From Nitrospirota bacterium (GTDB taxonomy: Bacteria; Nitrospirota; Thermodesulfovibrionia; Thermodesulfovibrionales; JdFR-88): DNA of 64,000 nucleotides. Made by a program: the position numbers and the translations under genes. The stretch is taken from the NCBI GenBank assembly GCA_021840255.1, contig JAKBYX010000002.1:33325-97324 (forward strand), written 5' to 3'. This document shows positions 36,965-45,652 of the stretch, piece after piece; the first letter of the stretch is position 1; each line of letters opens with the position of its first letter. The notes beneath the pieces were generated by a model. It did not search any database. It was not told where the DNA came from and saw only the letters and a list, made by a program, of their open reading frames with translations.

Positions 36965-38074
36965 ATGGCAAAGATAAAAGTCGCTGTCATCGGCGTCGGC
37001 AATTGCGCGAGCTCTCTTATACAGGGGATCGAATATTATAAAGGGCTCGGCCCAGGGCACCCGGAGGCGGACCTTGGCCTGATGAACCTTAAAATAGGCC
37101 CATACGCTCCGTGGGATATCGAAGTAGCCGCCGCCTTTGATATAGACAAAAGGAAGGTGGGGAAACCCCTTTCAGAGGCCATCTTCGCCGCCCCGAACTG
37201 CACCAAACGGATAACCGGCAGCGCTTTTAACAAAAAAGACAAAGAAAAAGACCCCATCGTGAAGATGGGCCATCTCCTGGACGGTTTTTCCGCGCACATG
37301 GAGGACTATCCGGAGGAAAAGAGGTTCATCCCCGCCCGCAGGAAGCCCGCCGGCATAGCAAACGTACTGAAAAAGACAGGCGCGCGGATTTTGATAAATT
37401 ATCTGCCGGTAGGCTCCGAGCAGGCCGTGCGCTTTTACGCCGGGGAGGCCCTCAAGGCGGACGCCGGGTTCATAAACTGCATGCCGGTGTTCATAGCCTC
37501 CAATGAGGAGTGGGCCGGACGTTTCGAGGAAAAAGGACTGCCCATAATAGGCGACGACATTAAAAGCCAGATAGGGGCGACCATAATCCACCGTACGCTT
37601 GCAAAACTGTTTGAGGACAGGGGCGTAAAGCTGGACAGAACCTACCAGCTGAATGTGGGGGGCAATACGGATTTTCTTAATATGCTTAACGGCAACAGGC
37701 TTAAGTCCAAAAAGATATCGAAAACACAGTCCGTCCAGAGCCAGATGAGCGCCCCGTTAAGTGCCGACAACATACATATAGGGCCATCCGATTATGTGCC
37801 CTGGCTTCACGACAACAAGGTCTGTTTCATCCGCATGGAGGCGCGCATCTTCGGCAACATCCCCATAGACCTGGAGCTGCGGCTTTCGGTGGAGGATTCG
37901 CCAAACAGCGCTGGCGTTGTAATAGACGCGATCCGGTGCATGCAGCTTGCCCTGGACCGCAGGGTGGGCGGGATATTGCACGCTCCCTCAGCCTATTTCA
38001 TGAAACATCCGCCAAGGCAGTTTCCCGACGCGGCCGCAAAAACAATGGTCCGGGATTTCATTTCGGGGAAATAA
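36965..38074 (+). CDS. ino1: myo-inositol-1-phosphate (inositol-3-phosphate) synthase, short prokaryotic type
   Basis: IKVAVIGVGNCASSLIQGIEYYK N-terminus, then LPVGSE and GDDIKSQ.GAT motifs. Length is 369 aa. Confidence 0.85.
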   Translation: MAKIKVAVIGVGNCASSLIQGIEYYKGLGPGHPEADLGLMNLKIGPYAPWDIEVAAAFDIDKRKVGKPLSEAIFAAPNCTKRITGSAFNKKDKEKDPIVKMGHLLDGFSAHMEDYPEEKRFIPARRKPAGIANVLKKTGARILINYLPVGSEQAVRFYAGEALKADAGFINCMPVFIASNEEWAGRFEEKGLPIIGDDIKSQIGATIIHRTLAKLFEDRGVKLDRTYQLNVGGNTDFLNMLNGNRLKSKKISKTQSVQSQMSAPLSADNIHIGPSDYVPWLHDNKVCFIRMEARIFGNIPIDLELRLSVEDSPNSAGVVIDAIRCMQLALDRRVGGILHAPSAYFMKHPPRQFPDAAAKTMVRDFISGK

Positions 38075-38078
38075 ACCT

Positions 38079-38690
38079 TTGATATCTTCCAGACTGGCCC
38101 GCCGCATGGAAACGCCGCTTTTGCCCGTCATGAAAAGGATCAAGATAAACCCCAACGCACTGACCCTTGCCGGTTTCTTCGTAACGTCGGCCGGGGCTTT
38201 TGTCATCGCTCAGGATCTGCGGGCGGGAGGGATGGTTATTCTGTTTGGCAGCCTTTTTGACAGTTTTGACGGCATGGTGGCGAGGGCCAACGGCAGGACG
38301 AGCGCCCTCGGGGCCTATCTGGACTCCGTGCTGGACCGCTATTCGGATGCCTTTATCCTCCTTGGTGTGGCATATTTTTTGAGGTCAAATCCGGTTGCAG
38401 TTGCCCTTGCCCTTGGTACGCTCGTAGGCGCTTACCTTGTCAGCTACACAAGGGCCAGGGCAGAGGGGCTTGGGGTGGATTGCAAGGTGGGCCTCATGGA
38501 GCGCCCCGAGAGGATAATCCTGGTTACCGCGGGCGCGATCTTCGGGTTTATGGTCCCCTCCCTGTGGGTGCTTCTGGTACTCTCACATTTTACGGCGCTT
38601 CAGAGGATCATGCATACGAGAAAGGCGCTGTCCGCCTCAAACGCCAAAACGGCCCGCCCTACGGTCACCATAAAAAAAATTCTCCGGTAA
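38079..38690 (+). CDS. CDP-alcohol phosphatidyltransferase (candidate phosphatidylinositol-phosphate synthase)
   Basis: The signature D-x2-DG-x2-AR...G-x3-D-x3-D appears as FDSFDGMVARANGRTSALGAYLDSVLDRYSD. The protein is multi-TM, 203 aa, and starts 4 nt after ino1. Confidence 0.8.
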   Translation: MISSRLARRMETPLLPVMKRIKINPNALTLAGFFVTSAGAFVIAQDLRAGGMVILFGSLFDSFDGMVARANGRTSALGAYLDSVLDRYSDAFILLGVAYFLRSNPVAVALALGTLVGAYLVSYTRARAEGLGVDCKVGLMERPERIILVTAGAIFGFMVPSLWVLLVLSHFTALQRIMHTRKALSASNAKTARPTVTIKKILR

Positions 38691-38839
38691 AAAAGGCAGC
38701 GGCACGGTTTAGGTAAATTTGCTTTTAAAACCCGCGGTATGATATAACTTATGCACGGCTCCTTGCTCCCTGGAGTAGCAAAAACGGGGGCTATGGCCGC
38801 ATTAAGGCGGCCTAATATCCAAAAGGAGGTTTCAAAAGG

Positions 38840-39232
38840 GTGAATTATTACGAAAATATTGTAATCCTCGATGACACGCTTCCAGAAGAAGACCTGCGCG
38901 CCGCAATCGAGAAGATCAAGGGCGTAATGCAGGATGCCGGAGGACAGATAGTAAAAACAGATGAGTGGGGCATGAGGAAACTGGCCTACGAGCTCAATAA
39001 GCACAAAAGAGGGTTTTACGTCCTTTATAACCTTAAGGCCCCTGCGACCGCCATCCAGAAACTGGAGGAGTTCTACAGAATTTATGACCCGGTGATGAAG
39101 CATATGGTTATAAAACTGGAGAAAAAGCAGACCAGGGCCCTCGAAGCGAGCATTCAGGCGGCGGCCGCAGCGGCCGCACCTGCGGCTGCTCCGGTACCTG
39201 CCGAAGCTGCCCCTGAGGAAAAGGCGCAGTAA
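38840..39232 (+). CDS. rpsF: 30S ribosomal protein S6
   Basis: YENIVILD....E......IE....I...GG.I...D.WG.RKLAY. pattern. GTG start with RBS AAGGAGG. The tail is Ala/Pro-rich. Confidence 0.9.
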   Translation: MNYYENIVILDDTLPEEDLRAAIEKIKGVMQDAGGQIVKTDEWGMRKLAYELNKHKRGFYVLYNLKAPATAIQKLEEFYRIYDPVMKHMVIKLEKKQTRALEASIQAAAAAAAPAAAPVPAEAAPEEKAQ

Positions 39233-39243
39233 GAAAATCGAAA

Positions 39244-39648
39244 ATGTTCAACAAGGTAATTTTCGCAGGAAACCTGACACGAGACCCTGAGCTGAGATAC
39301 AGCGGCCAGGGAACGCCGATTTGCAGCTTCGGCCTCGCCGTGAATTCCAGGGTAAAATCCCAGGATGGAAAAGAAGAGGTTCTATTCATAGACATCGTGG
39401 TTTTTGGCAAGCAGGCCGAGCCTTGCAGCCAATATCTTTCCAAGGGCAGGCCCGCTCTCGTTGAGGGCAGGCTCCGCGAGCGGCGCTGGGAGCAGGATGG
39501 CCACCAGAGGTCAAAGTTCGAGGTGCTGGCCCAGACGGTCCGCTTCCTGGGCAGCGGGGGTGGCAAGCGCCAGACGGAAAGCGCACCGGCGCAGGGATCA
39601 GATGCCTATCTTCCTCCTCCGGATGACGCAATCGACGAACCTTTTTGA
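39244..39648 (+). CDS. ssb: single-stranded DNA-binding protein
   Basis: MFNKVIFAGNLTRDPELRY OB-fold N-terminus and an acidic tip ending ..DDAIDEPF. Confidence 0.9.
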   Translation: MFNKVIFAGNLTRDPELRYSGQGTPICSFGLAVNSRVKSQDGKEEVLFIDIVVFGKQAEPCSQYLSKGRPALVEGRLRERRWEQDGHQRSKFEVLAQTVRFLGSGGGKRQTESAPAQGSDAYLPPPDDAIDEPF

Positions 39649-39665
39649 TTTGATTTGATTTGATT
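39646..39665 (+). repeat. (TGATT)x4 pentanucleotide repeat beginning at the ssb stop codon
   Basis: TGATTTGATTTGATTTGATT. The 5-nt period places TGA in all three frames. Confidence 0.9.
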
Positions 39666-39719
39666 TACTCTTTTCAAAAAAGAAAATTTATTTTTTAAAA
39701 GCGATAAAAAGGAGAATAG

Positions 39720-39965
39720 ATGAACCCTAGAGTTAGCAAAGGTCCAAGGAAGTTTATGAACAGGAGGAAGTTCTGCAGGTTCTGCTCCGAGAAGGTCGAA
39801 TTTATCGATTACAAGGACCTGAAGGGGCTGAGGACTTACGTGACGGACAGGGGCAAGATACTGCCCAGGAGGATGACCGGCGTGTGCGCCCTTCACCAGA
39901 GAGAGCTCACCAATGCAGTCATGAGGGCAAGGAACATTGCATTACTGCCCTTCGTTGAAAAATAA
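39720..39965 (+). CDS. rpsR: 30S ribosomal protein S18
   Basis: RRKFCRFC......IDYKD...L..YV...GKILPRR.TG.CA.HQR.L..A...AR..ALLP. Confidence 0.9.
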   Translation: MNPRVSKGPRKFMNRRKFCRFCSEKVEFIDYKDLKGLRTYVTDRGKILPRRMTGVCALHQRELTNAVMRARNIALLPFVEK

Positions 39966-40028
39966 GACAATAAAAGAAATTTATTTTTTTGAAAATAAAC
40001 CGGAAGAGACTTTTAGAGTAAGGCACGA

Positions 40029-40310
40029 ATGAGAATACCCAAAACCTGGGTAAGGCCGCTGACCGAAAAGATCATAGGCAAGCTCGTGAGCGAGAGGCTT
40101 GTGGAGCCTTCGGCCCCGATGGACACGCTCATAGGGGAGGCTGAGGCCATAATAATCGATGAGCTCATGGTGGAAGACAGGCTCAACGACGAAGTAAGGG
40201 GCCTCCTTAAAAAATACGAAAGCGATATTGAAAAAGGGCGGCTGGACTACAGAAGGATGTTCGACCTTACCAAACAGAAGCTTGTGAGGGAAAGGAACCT
40301 GGTGCTCTGA
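40029..40310 (+). CDS. DUF507-family protein
   Basis: A 93-aa helical protein. The pattern I..L....L......L......II.DEL..ED.LN.EVR.LL recalls DUF507. It is paired with a paralogue. Confidence 0.6.
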   Translation: MRIPKTWVRPLTEKIIGKLVSERLVEPSAPMDTLIGEAEAIIIDELMVEDRLNDEVRGLLKKYESDIEKGRLDYRRMFDLTKQKLVRERNLVL

Positions 40311-40585
40311 TGCTATCGGATGAGAAGATAACGCATCTCAGCCACGTGCTGCTCAAGGGGCTTTTGGAAAAGAAGCTGGTAGCGCTGAAAGGGGACGAGG
40401 CTGCGGCGCGCAAGATCATAAAAAGGGTCCTGGCCGCCGAGGTCAAGGCCGGCGAACAGATAGACGCCGTTGTAAAAAAGAAGCTGGAGTCCTATTCCAG
40501 GAAGATCGTAGAGGGCAGCCCTGAATGGGAGATCCTTTACCGGAAGTTCTACCAGGAAGAGGAAAACAAAAGAGGCCGTTCATAG
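40310..40585 (+). CDS. DUF507-family protein (second paralogue)
   Basis: A 91-aa protein beginning LSDEKITHLSHVLLKGL...., with an ATGA overlap onto the upstream paralogue. Confidence 0.6.
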   Translation: MLSDEKITHLSHVLLKGLLEKKLVALKGDEAAARKIIKRVLAAEVKAGEQIDAVVKKKLESYSRKIVEGSPEWEILYRKFYQEEENKRGRS

Positions 40586-40657
40586 TATAGCGAGCGTAAG
40601 CGAACGAATAAAGAAAAAAAGAGGGATTTTTCCACAAGAAGAGCAGGCGTCTTAGCC

Positions 40658-42607
40658 GTGCTCCTTCCTCTTGCGGCAGGTTTTTACCTTCGTTATCCCC
40701 TTTTGCACCCGGCCCTCTGGTTTACCGCTTCCCTGGCCATCTGCGGATATTTCCTTTTCCGGTCTGTTTATTCTGTAAATAAGAACCCGCTGGACAAAAC
40801 CGGCTTTTTCATTTCCATTGCCCTGATTTCAGGTGGGCTTTCCCTCACATACCAGTGGGCTGCATATCTCGACATCCCCCTTGCGGTTGGCACCGCCTCC
40901 TTTTTCGGCGTCCAGGTCTTTGTGCCCGTCTGGGCGGCCATCGCCGCCCTCGGGGCCAGGGACATTATTCTGCACAGGCCGGGGGCCGTCCCTCTTGTTC
41001 TTTTTTCCGTAGGGTCCGGGGCTGTTTCTCATTTTGCCCTCAGGCGGTTCAAGGCCCTGGCGTCCGGCCTTGCGGAGAAGGTTAGCCGTCTGGACGAGGA
41101 GAACAGCGAGCCAGGGCTTTCCACCGGGGACCTGGATGTGCTCGGGGCCGCGGAAAAAGAGTTCTCTCAGGCCCTCCTGCTGGCCAGGGAGCTGCTTGAG
41201 GCGGATTCGGTAAGCGTTTTCCGGGTGGCGGGAGACGATATCGCCGTTAAAAGCTCCACCTCCACGGGGATAAAACTGAGAAGTGAAGGCATAATCAGGC
41301 TTTGTCTTAAAAACAGACAGCCGGTGTGCCTGAGCAAGATGGACCGGGAAGAGCTTTTTTCCCCGGGGTACGAGCATGGTCAGCCTGTCTGCTCCCTTAT
41401 GGCCGCGCCCCTGGTGCTGGGAAGCACGGTTCTGGGCGTCGCCGCCTGCGACAGCCGGCGGACCGGGGCATTCAGCTTGAGGCATCTGTCCGATTTCCAG
41501 AGGTTTTCCGCCTTTTTTGCGGGCATGATGGGCCGGGAGAGGGTCTTTACCGAGATGAAAAGAAACCTGAAGGGCCTTGAGGTCTTCAAGGATGAAAGCT
41601 CAAAAATATTAAAACACCTGTCCAAAGGTGACATTGCTCGGGAAGGGGCGCGTGCGGCAAGGAAGATCGCCCCAATGCCGGCAGCCATTTTCCTTAGATC
41701 AAAAGACGGCTATGAGCTATCGGCGGCCACAGGTTTTTCGGGTGATTTTTCAGATGATTTTTTAGGTCGGGGCCCGGCCGGGCAGGAGAAAAAAACAAAA
41801 ACTTTTTTTAAATCCCTGAAAGGCACGCTCATGGCAAACGCGTTTGCCGGGGGGCAGGAGCCCATATATATATCCGATTGCCGGGATTTCCCGGTTGCCG
41901 CCTTGCCCTTCGATGGCGGGTTCCAGGTTAAGTCCGTACTTCTTCAACCCCTTTCGGGCGAAGAGGGCGTTCTGGGTGTCCTGGGGATGTTCTCAGACAG
42001 GACAAATTCGCTGTCCGCCCATCAGATAGAGCTCATAAAGATGTTCTCAAATCAGTTGGCAGTCTCATTTTGCCGCGCTTTGCTACATGAAAAACTGGCC
42101 GTGCTGGCCGAAACCGACGCCCTTACGGGGCTTTTCAACCGCGGTTATTATGAGGAGGCCCTCTCCAGGGAATTCAAAAGGCTGGTCCGCCACCCAAGAC
42201 CGCTCTCACTGCTTCTTATCGACATCGATCATTTCAAGAAAATAAACGACACTTTCGGCCACACGGCGGGGGATGCGGTGCTTAAAAAAGTGGCTGCCAT
42301 AATCAAAAATGTCATGCGGGACACCGATGTGGCAGCCCGGTACGGGGGAGAGGAGTTCGTGGCCATCCTGGCCGAAACGGACAAAGCGGGGGCGCAAAAC
42401 CTGGCAGAAAGGCTCAGAAAGGCAGTCTTCCTGAACCCTATAGATGCGGGTGGGAATACGGTAACCGTCTCCGTGAGCATAGGCGTTGCCTCCTTTCCCA
42501 GGGACACCAGCAGCAGGGATGGGTTGGTAGAGCTCGCGGACAAGGCCCTGTACAGCGCAAAGAGCGAGGGAAGAAACAGGGTTTGTCTGGCCAAACAGGC
42601 AGATTGA
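40658..42607 (+). CDS. membrane-anchored GAF-domain diguanylate cyclase (GGDEF)
   Basis: N-terminal TM helices, two GAF-like regions and a C-terminal GGDEF domain. The I-site and active site read RDTDVAARYGGEEF. GTG start. Confidence 0.85.
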   Translation: MLLPLAAGFYLRYPLLHPALWFTASLAICGYFLFRSVYSVNKNPLDKTGFFISIALISGGLSLTYQWAAYLDIPLAVGTASFFGVQVFVPVWAAIAALGARDIILHRPGAVPLVLFSVGSGAVSHFALRRFKALASGLAEKVSRLDEENSEPGLSTGDLDVLGAAEKEFSQALLLARELLEADSVSVFRVAGDDIAVKSSTSTGIKLRSEGIIRLCLKNRQPVCLSKMDREELFSPGYEHGQPVCSLMAAPLVLGSTVLGVAACDSRRTGAFSLRHLSDFQRFSAFFAGMMGRERVFTEMKRNLKGLEVFKDESSKILKHLSKGDIAREGARAARKIAPMPAAIFLRSKDGYELSAATGFSGDFSDDFLGRGPAGQEKKTKTFFKSLKGTLMANAFAGGQEPIYISDCRDFPVAALPFDGGFQVKSVLLQPLSGEEGVLGVLGMFSDRTNSLSAHQIELIKMFSNQLAVSFCRALLHEKLAVLAETDALTGLFNRGYYEEALSREFKRLVRHPRPLSLLLIDIDHFKKINDTFGHTAGDAVLKKVAAIIKNVMRDTDVAARYGGEEFVAILAETDKAGAQNLAERLRKAVFLNPIDAGGNTVTVSVSIGVASFPRDTSSRDGLVELADKALYSAKSEGRNRVCLAKQAD

Positions 42608-42785
42608 CCATTTGCCCCCCAAGCTTATTCCCATGACCATCGTTTCTTTGCGGTTGTGACCCTCATCACTTAAAAACTGTTGCAAGTCCGCGAAACTTTT
42701 CATTTTTTTCTTGAAAAAAGAGAAGAGTTTCTGATATTCTTTTGCCAAATGAATAAATAACCTGCGCCGGAGGGTTTAACGGGAC

Positions 42786-44369
42786 GTGCCTGAGGTTGAA
42801 CATTCAAAAGAGTCTTTCCTGCCGTCTCCCGTGAAGATAAAAGACAACAAACTTGCAAAATTTGTCTTTACTCCGGTTTTTGCGCTCATTTTTGCGGGCC
42901 TTTTTTGTGTTTCTTTTGCCCATCCATCCTTTGCAAGCGTAACTTACAGGGTCCGCAAGGGTGACACCCTGGACAAGATCGCCAGACGATACAGAATAAG
43001 CGTAAAAAAACTGAAAAAAGAAAATGGCCTTTCCTCCAACAGGCTTAAGCCTGGCAGGAGATTACGGATAATTGCGGAGGCCGGAAGGCGGAGGCATAAA
43101 AAAGAAAAGGCCCTCCGGTCCCACCTCTTTGCAAAAAAGCATTTTCAACATATCCGGCATACAAAAAAATCTCTCCGGCATTATGCCAGGCGCCGGTACA
43201 GCCATGAGGCAGACGGCCGGGAAAAGAAAATAAGAATTGCAGCTGATGATTCCGCCTCGAATAAGGTGACGGCGTCGCCTCATGGTGAAGTGAAGGATTC
43301 TTTTTCTTTCCCAAATGCCACATCGGAAAAGGAAAAAGCAGAAAAGGGGGAAAACGCTTCCGGCAGCGTGGCCCCGGTAAAGATCGCCTCAAGTATGGAG
43401 ACGGCATCTAATATATCGAAAATTCAGGGTAGCGCTCTTATAAATGCCACAAGCGGAGCCATTTTCAACAGCATACTGGAGAAGGCTGCCCGTTACAACA
43501 GGGAGGCGAGGCTGTCTGCCGCTTCCAGGCAGCGCCTGGTCGTTTATAAAGACCGGTACCATAAGGTCCGGAAAGGCGAAACCCTCTTTTCCATTGCCAG
43601 GCAGTACGGCACCACCATTAAAAAATTAAGGGAATTAAACGGCTTGAGGTCACGAAGGGCGCGCTTAAGGAGCGGCCGGAGACTCCTCATCAGCCAGAAA
43701 GATGCCGTTATGCGGGAGGCGCCCGGCACCTACAGGGTAAAAAGGGGAGACACCTTCCTGAAGATCGCGCGTGAATTCCATCGCGATGCCGAGGAACTGA
43801 TGGCCTTAAACGAGATGGACTCCGAGGACTTGAGGCCGGGGCAGACCATTATGCTGACGGACAAGGATGAAAGCCCGGCCGTTCAGGCTGACGCCAGGGT
43901 ATCGGCCCCCCAGATAGAATCGAAATTGGAAGAATTGCAGGACTCCAAGACCTTGCAGACCCTGAGCATGAAAGACAGGCTTATGCTGTTTGCCAAGGTG
44001 ATGCTCAACATACCATATCGTTTTGGCGGAGACAATTTTTACGGCATAGACTGCTCGGCTTTCGTGCAGAGGGTATTTAAACTCCTCAACATATCCCTGC
44101 CTCGCACCGCGAGGCAGCAGTTCAACGAAGGTGTCCCGGTAAGCCTGGATGATCTTGCCATTGGAGATCTGGTTTTTTTCAGGACCTATGCCTCTTTTCC
44201 CTCGCATGTCGGCATATACATAGGCAAAAACCTGTTTATACATGCCTCTTCGGGCGGTCATAGGGTGAAGATAGGGAGCCTGACGACTCCCTACTTCATG
44301 AAACGGCTGATAGGGGCGAAAAGGCTTTTGTCCGGCGGAGAGCTGCCTATTACCGGAAGCGGCAAGTAA
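42786..44369 (+). CDS. 3x LysM + NlpC/P60 peptidoglycan endopeptidase
   Basis: Three LysM repeats (YRVRKGDTLDKIARRY.., HKVRKGETLFSIARQYG.., YRVKRGDTFLKIAREF..). The C-terminal NlpC/P60 domain has the catalytic GIDCSAFVQ and HVGIY. Confidence 0.85.
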   Translation: MPEVEHSKESFLPSPVKIKDNKLAKFVFTPVFALIFAGLFCVSFAHPSFASVTYRVRKGDTLDKIARRYRISVKKLKKENGLSSNRLKPGRRLRIIAEAGRRRHKKEKALRSHLFAKKHFQHIRHTKKSLRHYARRRYSHEADGREKKIRIAADDSASNKVTASPHGEVKDSFSFPNATSEKEKAEKGENASGSVAPVKIASSMETASNISKIQGSALINATSGAIFNSILEKAARYNREARLSAASRQRLVVYKDRYHKVRKGETLFSIARQYGTTIKKLRELNGLRSRRARLRSGRRLLISQKDAVMREAPGTYRVKRGDTFLKIAREFHRDAEELMALNEMDSEDLRPGQTIMLTDKDESPAVQADARVSAPQIESKLEELQDSKTLQTLSMKDRLMLFAKVMLNIPYRFGGDNFYGIDCSAFVQRVFKLLNISLPRTARQQFNEGVPVSLDDLAIGDLVFFRTYASFPSHVGIYIGKNLFIHASSGGHRVKIGSLTTPYFMKRLIGAKRLLSGGELPITGSGK

Positions 44370-44695
44370 GAAGAAATGGGGAAAAAACAAAAACCCTTTG
44401 AACAAAAGCGGGTTTTGGGCTTTTTTTGCAGATTTTTTTGCCGTCCGGGGCAGTATTAGATTTTGCTTGACTGCCTGCCTTCAATATGCAAATATTCAAT
44501 TAGGAACGTGGTTTTAAAAAACAAAAAAGCAGCAACGCAAAAAATCAAAAATCAAAACTGCTATTTTATTCGCGGAGCTACCCCTTTATGAGGTTCCAGA
44601 AATAAAGTGACCGCATCGATAGAGGAACCGAAGCATCCAAACAAAAATTTTTTAAAAAATGGCCGGAAAGTCAGAAAAACCCGAAAGGAGCCAAG

Positions 44696-45019
44696 ATGGC
44701 GAAGAAGATTTATGTAGGGAACCTCTCTTACGATGTAACCGAAGATTTGTTGCGTGAGACTTTTGCAAAAATAGGGGAAGTGCAGTCCGCAAAGGTGATA
44801 AAAGACGAGATGACCGGACGTTCCAAGGGATTCGGTTTTGTGGAGATGCCATCTGATGAGGATGCCGAGCGCGCCATCTCGACCCTTGACGGCCAGTCGC
44901 TCCTGAACCGGCCCATGAAGGTAAGTGAGGCCAGGCCGCTGGCTGAAAGGGGCAGAGGGGAAGGCAGGCCCGGTGGAGGCAGACCCTTCGGGAAGGAAAG
45001 AGGCGGCCGGTTCAGATAA
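44696..45019 (+). CDS. RRM-type RNA-binding protein with Gly/Arg tail
   Basis: RNP2 IYVGNL, RNP1 KGFGFVEM and an RGG-rich C-terminus. Confidence 0.9.
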   Translation: MAKKIYVGNLSYDVTEDLLRETFAKIGEVQSAKVIKDEMTGRSKGFGFVEMPSDEDAERAISTLDGQSLLNRPMKVSEARPLAERGRGEGRPGGGRPFGKERGGRFR

Positions 45020-45079
45020 AATAATCAGATAAAATAAGGGAAAAGGAAAGACCGCATCAAAAGCACAATCAAATCAAAA

Positions 45080-45134
45080 CAAAAACCGTTTTCAGACGAT
45101 CCTGAAAAGGACTTCTTGAACGGTTTTTGTTTTC
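45080..45134. terminator. candidate bidirectional terminator overlapping the 3' end of the JAMM gene
   Basis: An 11-bp perfect stem, CAAAAACCGTT (45080-45090) with AACGGTTTTTG (45119-45129). T-rich sequence lies on both flanks. The loop is 28 nt. Confidence 0.45.
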
Positions 45135-45550
45135 TCTCCGCAAACCCTGAAGGCCCGCACATGGTTTTTATCTCCGGGACAAAATCCTATTATTATGTAG
45201 ATGACATCCCAGACCGCCAGGAGGACATCTTTTGGTGAGGGATATGCCTGGCCTACGGGGTGGCTGTGATAGATGGCAAGCATCTTCATTCCTTCTTTTC
45301 TCAGCTCTTTTTCGATCTGGAGCTGTTGGCGGGGGTCCAGCTCATAACTGACCGCGGAGCGGTCTGCGTTTTTCCCCTGGAAGATGCGCTCAACCAGATC
45401 AATGCCTGCGCCCACGGGCCGGGAACCGGTGGGATATCCGGCAAGTATGCCACAGACCTCGTTTTGGGCATCTCCTGCGGCATGGCCTACCATCTGCTCA
45501 TAAATGCCTGAGGGAATTAACAGTTCCTCTTTCAACGGGAAAAAACCCAA
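45092..45550 (-). CDS. JAMM/MPN+ metalloprotease (Mov34 family)
   Basis: The complete JAMM motif is present: E (NEVCGILAG) ... HSHPVGQAYPSPKD (HxH-x7-S-x2-D). TTG start in the track; the exact start is uncertain. Confidence 0.8.
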   Translation of the reverse strand: MGFFPLKEELLIPSGIYEQMVGHAAGDAQNEVCGILAGYPTGSRPVGAGIDLVERIFQGKNADRSAVSYELDPRQQLQIEKELRKEGMKMLAIYHSHPVGQAYPSPKDVLLAVWDVIYIIIGFCPGDKNHVRAFRVCGEKTKTVQEVLFRIV

Positions 45551-45652
45551 AAAACAAAAACCTCTTTTCGTTCTTCAAAAGAGAAAAAGGCCGGAAAAAA
45601 CGGCATGGCATTCATGCCCCATAAGTCCCCTTGGGCCCTGTTCAAGGGGGCC

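Noticed and set aside
42607-42786. TTTTTTC-TT-GAAAAAA inverted repeat after the diguanylate cyclase gene, considered as a terminator
   Set aside because: A 2-nt loop and an all-A/T stem are not credible as an RNA hairpin. It probably reflects the window-wide A/T-tract habit.
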